Shown here: one piece after another, positions 25,801 to 37,800 of the stretch
Layout: the number at the start of each line of letters is the position of its first letter
Numbering within the stretch: the stretch's first letter is position 1
Origin: Lytechinus pictus
Lineage: Eukaryota
Assembly: GCF_037042905.1 (NCBI RefSeq)
Contig: NC_087250.1
Coordinates: 13,146,001 to 13,210,000, forward strand
DNA length: 64,000 nucleotides
Direction: 5' to 3'
Program-made: the position numbers and the translations under genes
Notes under the pieces: generated by a model
Database searches by the model: none
Seen by the model: only the letters and a program-made list of their open reading frames with translations
Told to the model about the DNA's origin: nothing

Positions 25801-28800
25801 GTTTAGGTTGTTTGTGCCAGCTGGATCTGGGGACATAAAAATAAAATCACATTTCAGCATTTATTGTTGTTAAGTTATGTTGGGGTTCATACTTCATGCC
25901 ATACATTCCTCCAGTCATAACAAGGCATAACAATAGAACATAATTCGCGCTCACATCATTTGATTGGTGAAATATGTATGGTCTTAGTGAATTCCTACAA
26001 ACTAGCCTTAGAATGCCCCTCTTCAGGTCTGAATTTTAAAAATTTTCAGCTCGCGCTTCGCGCTCGCATCGTTTGGTTGGTGAAATACGTATGGTCTTAG
26101 TGAATTCCTACAAACAAGCTTTAGAATGCCCCTCTTCAGGTCTGAATTTCCTAAATTTTCAGCTCGCACTTCGCGCTCGCAATATTTGATTAGTGAGATG
26201 CGTATGATAATCATAATTACAATGACTGCAAAAAGTGCTTCATGTGTTTAGATGTAATTCTAACAAAATCAGCAAGCGCTTATTGGCACTCGCATTAGAT
26301 GACTATGGTGAAATATGTGTACTCTTAATGGATTCCTAAAAAATATAGTCCTTAAAATCTTTCTGTTTGGGGTCAATGTCCCTTTTTAGGTCCAGAGTAT
26401 CATTACTTTTGATTCAATCATCTGGTTTAATAATGCAAAACAGAGAGATAAAATAAAGCTTAGAAGACTTGTTAAGCAAGCCAGCAAAATAATGAATAAC
26501 ACTGTTGACTTAGATGAAATCTGTAAAGAAAGAGTACTTTCGAAAGCTCTCTCCATTATGTCTGATCAAACCCACCCCCTGAATAGCCAGTATATTCAAT
26601 TAAGAAGCGGACGAAGACTGAAATCTGTAAAAGCAAGAACCAGTCGCCGCATTAATTCGTTCGTCCCTTTCTCCATAAGAGTTGTCAATGAAATAAGGTA
26701 GAATAAGGAGTGTGGTTTATCTGTAGAAACAAAGAGAAAATGTAGCAGACAACTCTGCAACTTACACGTAAGTAGTAATTGTAGAGTTTTAATTAACAAA
26801 TAAATGAATGAATAAATAACTGAATAAATAAATAAATGCTCAATAACTATGCCAGCAAAGTCATCGATTTTAATTAATATATACATTACATGTACTTTGT
26901 GTACAATCATGATGATTACGTTCATGTTCATGTTTAATATGTTACCGGTATGTTCATTGTTGTTATGTTATTCTGTGAATAATATTTTTGTTGCAAGAAT
27001 TGTCAAGTTATACAATTGTCCGTTTTAACGGACAAATAAATGAAATGAAATGAAATGAAATGAATATAAAAAATTTAAAGCTCGCGCTTCGCGCTCGCAT
27101 TATTTGATCAGTGAAATACATATCCGTTTAATGGCACTGTTCTTAAAATGTCTCTATTATAGGTCAATATACTTGGCAACTGAGCGCGCTTCGCGCACTC
27201 ACTAAGTGACTCAATTTTTTTGCTGGTGCCCCCCCCCCCAATGCCGTGACCCACGGTACGCCACAGGGTCTAATTGTGTGTGTGGGGGGGGGGACAGTAA
27301 CGCTCAATTGAATGTTTTGACCAAGGTAACAAGTTAAAAAAAAAACAGAAAATATCTTCAAATCAATTAACTTAGCAACGCCCATACACTATTCATGATT
27401 AAGGTCTACTCTTAATCACATAACTATTTTGAAGTTGCGCGCAAATCATTTTTCTCGAACTTTTAAGTAGGTGGTGCTCACTCAAGGGGAAAGATTTCTC
27501 GAGAATCATATCGTCATTACTCTTTAGGTTAAATAAGCCAATATATAAATGTATAAAACGCTTTAGGATATAGCAAATTTATAGGAATAATTCAAAGTGT
27601 AAACTTTGTTGATATACACTGTAAAATGAGTCCATGAGCTCTGCACTCAGTAAATCAATTAGATCGAAGACGGATCTCACAACTTTTCACACGATTAATA
27701 TCATTAAAAATAAAAATATTTTTTTAATGGTAGATTTGGGAATAAAAAGCAGATGGTTACAAGCCATACGTTTTCGCAAAGTGTTAATACAGAGTCTGGA
27801 GTAGCGAGACTCTGCTCACCAAAGTACTATAGCTGCTTCTACACACAGAGAATCTAGGCATGGTTTGGTGTCTAAAAAACAAACTATTTTGAGGCTGTAT
27901 TTTCAGCTAGGGTGTAGAACAATCTGCATTTCACTTTGCAATTATGGACTTTCTGCAACTAATACACAGACGCTTTCTGGAACGTAGGGAATCTATTTTC
28001 CATGGCCCTTCATGACACAAAGTAATCTTTGTCGAAAATTGGTAAATCAATCAAGCAGTGTTGTCCGTGACTCTGGACTAAGGAAATATTTGCAATTTTT
28101 CGTCATCTCCGAATCTTACAACGACCACTTGTCTCGGTTCACTAATTTTCAACAAAGCCCTCTCAGCTGTTCCTTGTGATTATCAATAGATTTACTATGT
28201 TGTAGAATCCACCCCCGTTGAAATTATAAAAAAAAAATCGATATTATGTTTCTTCTGCAGCCATCCTTACCCCCGGAAGTCAATACAGCCTCGGGGTCAA
28301 GGTCGTCAGTGAATCGAGTGAAGGGTTAGCGGAGATTGATTTCAACGTCTACGACAGGGTCACCGGCTGCACATTTGAATTTGGAGTAAATGGAGATTAT
28401 GAAGATACTGCCTCTGACGTAAGTTCTTTTCGTCACACATTGCAAAAAAAAAACACGGTGGGTGTTTCATAAAGCTGTTCGTAAGATAAGAACGACTGAT
28501 GGTTTAGCGTGTAAAAAAAAGGATCACCTGTCGTTCTTAAAGTCGCTCTTAACTTACGAACAGCTTTATGAAACGACCCCCGGGGTCTGAATACCGCCCA
28601 TGTCCGGGTTAGGATTTATCTGTCCACTCCTACAAGTTGGTTTCTTATTAAGATAAAGATGATGATACTGATAATGATGATCATCGTTACTAAAACAATG
28701 TTTATACTGATACATGATAGTTTCATTATTATATAATATTAGGCTATTTTGAGTTGATTTATTGTCACTATTAGCATTTTTTATCGCGAGATTTTTTTAA

Positions 28801-31800
28801 AATTATTATCATTAACATTTTAGAGTTATTTTCACCCGAATGTCCTCTCAAATGGCGAGGTCGAACATTCTTATTTAAATCGACAGAAGAGCACTAAGCT
28901 GTTCGAAAGCTTTCGGCAAATAATTTTGGCTGCCGCTTGGAGTAGCATTTTTTTAATTTTAACTTCTCCCAAACGAAAAGCGACTCGAGGAACCATTGGC
29001 GAAGCTTTCAAACACTTTTTTTGTCACGTATGATACGAATGTTTGAATATGTCATTTTTTTTTGTATTCGAGTCATTGCAAAAGCTTAGCAAAACGTCAG
29101 CGAGCCCCTGCCGTGACAACGGCGCTTTACCGATGAGGTCTTGGTAATGGAAAGTTTTCGCATTTACTATGGGGCTGCGCTCTTTGAAAATGCAAGTCAA
29201 ACCACAATGCAGAGCCGAGAGACTGTTGTCAAAAATTAGTGGACGGAACAGCAGCGTCGTTTCGTGGCTCTGGACAGCGACCTTTTTTGCAATTGTTCGT
29301 CCGGTGCAAATTTTCAGGGCCCCGTCTACGGAGGATTATTCTATTGTTACTGGGGGTGCTGAGCATTGTCACAACACCCCCAGTAACAATAAGATAATCC
29401 TCCGTGGCCAGGTCCATGCAAATTTTTGGATGATCTGCTGTCCCGGTCTACCAACTTTGTTTTTACCTGAATTTTCAAAAGAAATTGGTACGTTTTAAAG
29501 AGCGACCCCGTAGTAAATGCCAAAAACTCTATATTAACATTATTACCATAAGTATCATTATTAAGCATTATCTTCATCATTATTATAACCACCTTTGTAA
29601 GTGTCTTTCAAATCTCTTCAAATGCAGGTGACGTATGAAGTATCCGGGTGCTCTGTTGAGTCTCTCGAGGGTCTCACCTACCGGGCGTTCGCCCAATTCA
29701 GATCTAAGAAACGCCTCTTAGGGGAAACTTCTCAGGACAGCACGTTCACGGTAGATCACGAAGTTCTCGATATTGTCAAGAAAAGTATCGAGGCCGGCGA
29801 TGCTGTAGACTTCAAGGTCGGCGTTAAGGTAACAACAGTTATTGTTTACTATAGCCCCTCCTCTTGTTTTTTTTTTTTTTCATTTTAAATTCAATCATTT
29901 TTTAAAGTTTATTTCGATAGATTTGGCTCCGAAAATAAATGTAATAGAAATAAGCTACATGTTTATTGTTGGAGGGGCAATTGATTGACATCGTGCGTAC
30001 CAGTCAATGACCGTCCGCAAATCAACAATACGTACGCGCCGTAATGTACATCCTTGGTATATTTCGATGTGCGCAGATTTTACTGCCCCCCCCCCCCCCG
30101 CTAGTTACATGACATCGTCGCTACTAGTCATTTTTAACACTCATTTCATGCTCATAATAAGCCATTGCTCATCAAACCTTTCAGGGTTGACATTCGCCAT
30201 GACATCTGACTTTCGACAGATGTCATGGTTACGTTATACGTTAATGTTATTTGTTTTTCTTTCCACTGATGGATCACTTTCTTCTCAATATTTTTCCCCA
30301 TAATGGAACCTCAATAGGAATAAGCTATAGCCCGAAGTAAAATTCATAATGAAATGACATAAATATTATAGTTAATGATCAGTTTCATTACCATCGAAAT
30401 ATATGTTTTTGTCATTATTTTTATTACTATCTTTGGTAGGTATGTAATACTACCAGTGGCGTTTGTTCCGAATTCCTAAAGAATGCAACTTACGCGATGG
30501 GCACACTCAGTGACGAGGAGCTCGATGAAGAGAAGCAAGAAATCCAGGATTTGAAGTTAGAAGGTATTTTATTATTTTTTATGGTCTTTATTATTATTAT
30601 AATTATAATCATTATCATCTTCTTCTTCTTCATCATTAGTATCATATTTGTTTTTAATATTATTGATATCATTATTCATTATTTCGGCAACGAAAAGTAT
30701 ATCAAATTGGTACATGTAATGCAACACATAATAAACTACTCGCATTTGCCTTGCTCTCACCTAATATGGTTGGATGAAGGGATAAGGGGGTAGGGGGACA
30801 GACCTCATATCTGCACCTGTTTAAATGATGACAATAGAAAAGTGTTTAAAATTAGTTTTGTTCTTGTGTAGAGGTTTTGGCAGGGGTGGTTGAGGTTCGA
30901 ATGATGCTCCTCTCACCACATACCTGTTGGGAAAATCCTCTCTATAGCTGGTTGGTGTTTTATAAAGCTGTTCGTCAATTAAGAGCAACTTTAAGAACGA
31001 ATGGTCATCCCTTGTTATACGCGCTAAATCATCGTCACTGAACATTTGGTGCATACGATTTACCGCAAGATGGGATCACAAGTCGTTCTTAACTTACGAA
31101 AAAGCTTTATGACTTACCCACCTGGGACCCGTTGCATAAGACTTTTGCCATAAATAACTCTGACAAACAAAATTATGCCATTGAAAATTACACAATAAAA
31201 ACATCTGGCAAAAAATTTGCCTGAGTTTTTTTATGGCAACAACTTTATGCAACGGGTCCCTGGTTAGGTAGTACGAAGTATACCTGCGTGCGGAATATGA
31301 TATTTAAATCATGAAGCATTAAAGGAGAAATATATTGATTATGAATATGGCCTTATTATATATCAGTGGAGAGGTAATGATGTGAGGATTACCATTAGGT
31401 CATTCAAAAATAACGAAAATAATACATAAGGTGGAAATCGCGAATTAAAAAGCGCTAAAATGCCTCTCCGAAATATGCCTCGCATCGGTCTCTGAATTGA
31501 CTCGAATTTGATGACGTCACTGTCTGTACGAGAGGCGTGATTGGCTCTCCCACGTCAAGCTCCACTTGCATGCAAAACCTGTTGCGAGGGTACGTTTTCT
31601 CCACACTGACACTGAATACTTCGATCATGAAATGAAAGAAAACCCAGAAGTTTATCTAGATTTTGGATTTTCAAATTGATGATTATGCAGATGAAGAGAA
31701 TGATGATAAAGTTTCTAACTCTAGAAAAACAAAGTGGCGTGGATGGTGGTAAATTAAGGGAATTACGCTGGTGATGATGAGTAGGACAATTCAACTTGCA

Positions 31801-34800
31801 AGCCGATTCGCTACCAACGCATGCAGCTGCTAGCTGCACCGCGGGTCAAATCCATGAAAATGAATTCCATGCAGCATGACCACATCCAGACAGAGTCTCT
31901 TTCCTCTATCAACAACATAATGAGAAGGAAAATAATAAGATAACTGTACTTACAAATAAGTGAATATATCCGAACCTAGGCTGAAGGTAAATCAACTCAA
32001 GGAATAGCAGCAGACGATATGCACCGACGATGAATTTCACGTGGCTGAATAGATTGTCACTCGTTCTGTTAGATAAAATGTATATCTCATTATTTTGACT
32101 AAATTACGAAACTCGGAGAATTAGTATTCTACATAAAAATTAAGTAACACCTGGTACTATTTTTTGAATTACGATAAAATATTTTTGAAGCAAAGAAATT
32201 GAGGTAAATTAAAATAAGATATAAAGGATCATCCACTTAGCCGCATGCGATTGTAAACAAACAATCAAAAGCACATGGCCAGCTTGCTCCACTGAACTGA
32301 AAATACGTATTTTCAGTTCAGTGGCTTGCTCGCCCGTAGAGTTGGATAAAGCGTAGCTTTATCCAACTCTATGTGCTCGCCTTGCTGATTGTTTACAATC
32401 GAATGCGAGCTAGGCGGATGATCTTTTATATCTAATTTTAATTCACCTCATTTTCTTTGCTTCAAAAAGGTTTTATCGTAATTCAAAAATTATAGTACCA
32501 GGTGTTACTTAATTTTTATGTAGAATACTAATTCTCCGAGTTTCGTAATTTAGTCAAAATAATGAGATAGAAATTTTATCTAACAGAACGAGTGACAATC
32601 TCCCAGCCACGTGAAATTCATCGTCGGTGCATATCGTCTGCTTTTATTCCTTGAGTTGATTTACCTTCAGCCTAGGTTCGGATATATTCACTTGTTTGTA
32701 AGTACAGTTATATCATTATTGTCATTCTCATTATGTTGTTGATAGAAGAAAGAGACTCTGTCTGGATGTGGTCGTGATGGAATTCATTTTCATGGATTTG
32801 ACCCACGGTGCAGCTATCAGCTGCATGTGTTGGTAGCGAATCGGCATGCAAGTTGAATTGTCCGACTCATAATCACCGGCGTAATCCCCCTAATGTATAC
32901 CTCTATCCACGTCACTTTGTTTTTCTAGAGCTAGAAACTTCATCATCATTCTCTTCATCTTCATAATCATCAATTTGAAAATCCAAATCTAGATAAAATT
33001 CTGGGTTTTCTTTCATTTCGGGATCGAAGTATTCAGTGACAATGTAAAGAAAACGTACCCTCGCAACAGGTTTTGCATGCAAGTGGAGCTTCACGTTGGA
33101 GAGCCAATCACGCCTCTCGTACAGAAAGTGACGTCATAAAAAAATCCCAAATTTCGCGGACGTAATTCTGCGTGTTTGAAGCATTCAGAGAGAGAACTTT
33201 AAACTATCAATTAACTGAGTTCCATCGGTCTCCATGATAAATGATTTACACCATCGTGTTCTCCTTATTTTCTCCTTTAATTTGATATATGATTCTCCAT
33301 TTTTACTATTTTCAATATAGTTCTAATTTAATATCAAAGTTTTCATACAGGTATATTGCTAAATGCCTAATGCGTTTTTTTTTTTAATATAGGAAGATCA
33401 GTTGAAGGACTCAAAAAAGCGAACCGCGCGCAGAAGGCAAAGGCCTCCCAGACGACTGGCGTCGACAGAAAGAAACGCGCAGCCCCTGTAAGTACTGAAT
33501 TGATCGATTTCTTAAAAAAATAAATGCCAGTTGTGTTAGTGATTTCAAAATGACTCCGTACAGAATCCAATCAACGGGCCATGACCGTATGTACAAATTA
33601 AAAGGAACATATGTGTCAGATGATTGTGGTGGAATATGTGCTATGAATGATATTGCCTTTTTATGCCGGGGGCTCTCTACCGGGTTGTCGCTTCTTTTTT
33701 CCTAATACTACTACTAATAATAACAGAAATAACAATAATGATAATAGTAATACTACTTATACTACAAATAATAATATTAACACTATCCCACATGTACCTT
33801 GTTGGTTTTCTTCAGCATTATCGTTTCCCAGCTTAGATTTCATGGTTTCACTTTTTGGTTCAGGTATGGTAACTGCACCGGAACTAGATCTGCGATGACA
33901 ACTAAATCTTGGTTTACAGACTTTCTAATTAAGTCAGTATTTACTGCAGCTGTTTTCATTGATGATAATCATGTTTTTAATAATAACAATAATCATGATA
34001 AGGTATGATTGCATTTAAAAGCAGAATTATTGGTTTGCGAATGAATTATAGGCCAGTTCCTAATGTGGGTATCGTTTTTTATGCACCTCTGATCAAATAA
34101 AATTAATTATATAAATTTGAAGGATTTCAAGAAGATGCAGATCGGCTGTGAACAGGTGCCAGCCGAGCACATGATTTAGATTTAAACCTAGCGGATTTGA
34201 GTTTTAATCTAATAATTCAAATATATAATGTATTGCGATTTGTAAACTATTCTTTTGGATTTAAAAATGATATCTAATGTTCGGCTGACCACCATTTGCA
34301 ACAGATCTGGTGAATGTTTCATAAGCTGTTCGTAAAGTTACGCACGACTTTACGCACGACTGGAACACGTTCTTAGGTCATCAAGCAATTACATAGTGAT
34401 ATATCACATAGCACAAGAGAGGATCACCAGTCGTGCGTAAAGTCATTCGTATCTTACAAACATCCACCTGGGCTCCGTAACACAAAGATGGGCCATCAAT
34501 CGCTAAATGAACTGACCAATCAATATCAATGTTACAAGCGCATTAGGTTAAAAATACTGACCTGGGACCAATCAGTGCGGTTCTTTCCTTTTTGCAATTC
34601 ACCGCATACCCTTGTGTTACGGAGCCCTGGATACATTTAAGATCCTTGAAAGTTAGATTGTATTGATCGTTTGTTGATTTTCCCCACACTCTAGGATTGC
34701 GATCAAGTATTACTTGACTTGCAATACGAGCTGCTAATGGAAGCTACCAGTGATGAGGCTAATTACAACTACAATCCCGGGGATGTCCTGGGCATGTTGC

Positions 34801-37800
34801 AGGCGGACACTGACGTGCCTATCACATGTCTGACACTTGAACAGCAGAGTACGTTCAACATAAAATAATTCATGAGAAAATTAGTAAACCAACCAATAAT
34901 TGTCTTTGTGTATTGAACCTAAAATGTTTCGAGTTAAAAATACTTGTTTTGCTACTTGGTAAGGTATTGGTAGTAAATTGGTGTTAACCTCTTTGTGTGA
35001 ATAGCTTTGCATTTGTTCAGTTATGTTTACATCAATATGATTTCGACCGTTTTGTTCCTTTTCTTTTTTTCTTTTCTGTATATATATACGCATTTGAATA
35101 AGTCGACTATATTTTCTTCATTTCCCAAGGGGGATCCACACTTTACAAGCTTTGCCTTTTAGTGGACCCCCTCATTTCCATTTATACTGTTTTTTGCTTT
35201 ACGAAGTTAGAATGCTCGTCTGTAAAATTGTACTTGATTTGTATTACTTTATATTACTTTGTATTCTGCTTTGAATGGAAATGGAATAAAGAATTGAATT
35301 TAATTAAAACATTCCAGTGGGCCTTTTTTTGCAAGGCCACACTAATCAGAACGTTGCATTATGAGTAGAGGACCTGGTCTGCTTGGAAAGTTGAATACTT
35401 GATGTGGTGCTCTTACGGATGCTGTTTCATACTTCAAAGCATTTGGTACAGGATCAATGTAATGATAATTTCATTTCGTAATTTTCCAAATGAAAATTAC
35501 AAGAGTCTGCGCATGCGCATAGGTGGGATCATGGCATCAAACGACGCCATTTTTCGATTCATAATTCCTTATTTTACCACCAAGTAAATTCAAGTCATCG
35601 ACCATTTTCCCGCCATAAAAATTTATGTAAGGTATTGTTTCAGTCGTTAGATCTCAATTCAGTGTCTAGTGCACTCGCTCCGATTTTTTTTTCAATAGTC
35701 CTTTGACCAATATCTTTACCGAGTTAGTAGTTTGACATTAAAAAGCTACAGACAAAGATTATCATCCTGAGATTTTTAGCCCATCCCGCGCTTAATATTA
35801 CTATTTTTAACAAGACAAAGTTACTCGGACTTGTGTTCATATCTTAAATTATCCCTCACATCAAAACCGTTTTATGGTAGGCCTACACCATTCCAGATAT
35901 AAATCTAATTATGTACTGGAATAGTGATAAACATGCACTTCTTTTGGAAATGTAACTATAATAAAACCAGGCTTTAATACAATTTACATAATTTATTTAA
36001 CTTATCGCCAGCTTTGTTCGACAAGGATAATATACAGGGGGCTGCCAACATCGACAAAAGTAACATTGCATTCACAATACACACATAGTGTATTGGGTCT
36101 GTTGTACTTGCACATAATACAGAATAATGATTTGTACATCGCATTGTTCAGTGTATACAGGAAACTTTTCTTTTCTCTAAACCAATCAAAAGTCATTGTG
36201 AGTTGAATTTGCAAAGTCCATGCTAAACCCTTCTTCAGGTTGCACCCATAAATAAAAGTGGCACAGAAGGGATTTTGTTTGTGGCAGGCAAAGATTAATT
36301 CTTGTATGATCAGAGGTTGTATCAATACTCACGTTGCTCTACCACATGCCTTTGCAAATATGAGGATGTACAGAGGCTATAGGAAATTGATAACTTAGAA
36401 ATAACTCGGTTAACCTTGATCCTTTTAAACCGAAGGGTCCACACTAGCATCTACAAAGAGGGTTCTTGAATCGGCGAGGGATCTTGAAGATCGTTTACCT
36501 CCGGAAACCGTAGATGGCGTGCGTCAACAGCTTGAGGATGCTAAGATGGTCTACCCTGACGCTTTCTTCTTTTCAGAGAATAGGTAAATGAAGCAGTAAG
36601 CTTTTTTCCTTACCTTGGCCGTACGCAATGGGGTGGGAGCAGTCCAACCCCCCCAAAAAAAATTTGAAAACGTATATTTTTTAGTAAAGTTTTCACAGAA
36701 TTCACCAAAAGTATGAATAAAATCCTTAAAATTTCACTTAACCAAATGCCAGAGCGCCCCAATCGTTTCGTTTTTTTGCTTTCTAGTTTTTTTTCAAATA
36801 AAAGTTAACGCGTCGATCCTCCCCTCCCCCGTCCCCCCCCCCCCCCCCCAGAGCAAAATATTATGCGTACGGCCATGGCTCCTACCTTTTGTTAGTTAAA
36901 AGCATATTATCGTGGATTTTCTTTGGAAATATGCCGCGTCTTTCAGTATAAATCACTCAGAGTAGAATATGATTTACGATGAAGACGTTTCTACTGCCAC
37001 TTTCTTTTTTGTAACAAATTCATTATCACTCTGACAGCAGCCAGAGATTAATTAGACTTGGTCGAGAAATATATTGATGGATACCTTGTGCGCTTGCCCT
37101 AAAAGATCTCTGTGACAGGAATTCCAATGTTTTTCACAACGTCAGCAAGTGATAATTTTTTTCAGTTGACTCCCCACTGACTTACTAGCCTATCTGTATA
37201 TGCATGGACATATTATAGGTCCATGGTATATGTTACCAAACAATTTATATCATTGGTGGATATGAGGGAGTCGTAAGGCATGATCTGACCAATGCAATGA
37301 TGGGATATGCCACACACAACTTGTGTGTGGCACAAACGTAATTTTAAGGCACTCTTAATTAATTTAGGTCGCTCCAAGGCCATAAGATAGGTTAACGTCT
37401 TGTCACTCGCAATGTAGTCCTACTTTTGACTTTGATTTTCAGGGTTTCATTATTTTCTATTTTCTTCCAAATGGGTGCGTCGTGGTCTAGTGGTTCTGAC
37501 TCTCGCCTTTGAAACAGAGGGTCATGGCTTCGAATCCTAGCCATGGCGTGTTTTCCTTCAGCACAAAATTTATCCACACTGTGCTGCACTCGACCCAGGT
37601 GAGGTGAATGGGTACCCGGCAGGAGTAATCCTTGCATGCACCGAGCTGATGCACCGAGCTACCGGTGATGGTAGCTCGAGCTAAAGCCGGGGTAATAATA
37701 GCAGCACTTTGTATCCTCTGGCAAAAAGCGCTTTATAAATCCAGCTATTATTATTACTATTTCTACAGGGACATCTTCGGACTTCTCACCAAGGGCATGA

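Noticed and set aside
32912..33094. 60-aa acidic ORF in the foldback arm
   Set aside because: The mirror arm has indels in the same region and no domain is recognisable.
37473..37545. tRNA gene (also 57420-57491 and 61800-61873)
   Set aside because: A and B boxes are present but the acceptor stems are poor, and each continues into a SINE body or tail.
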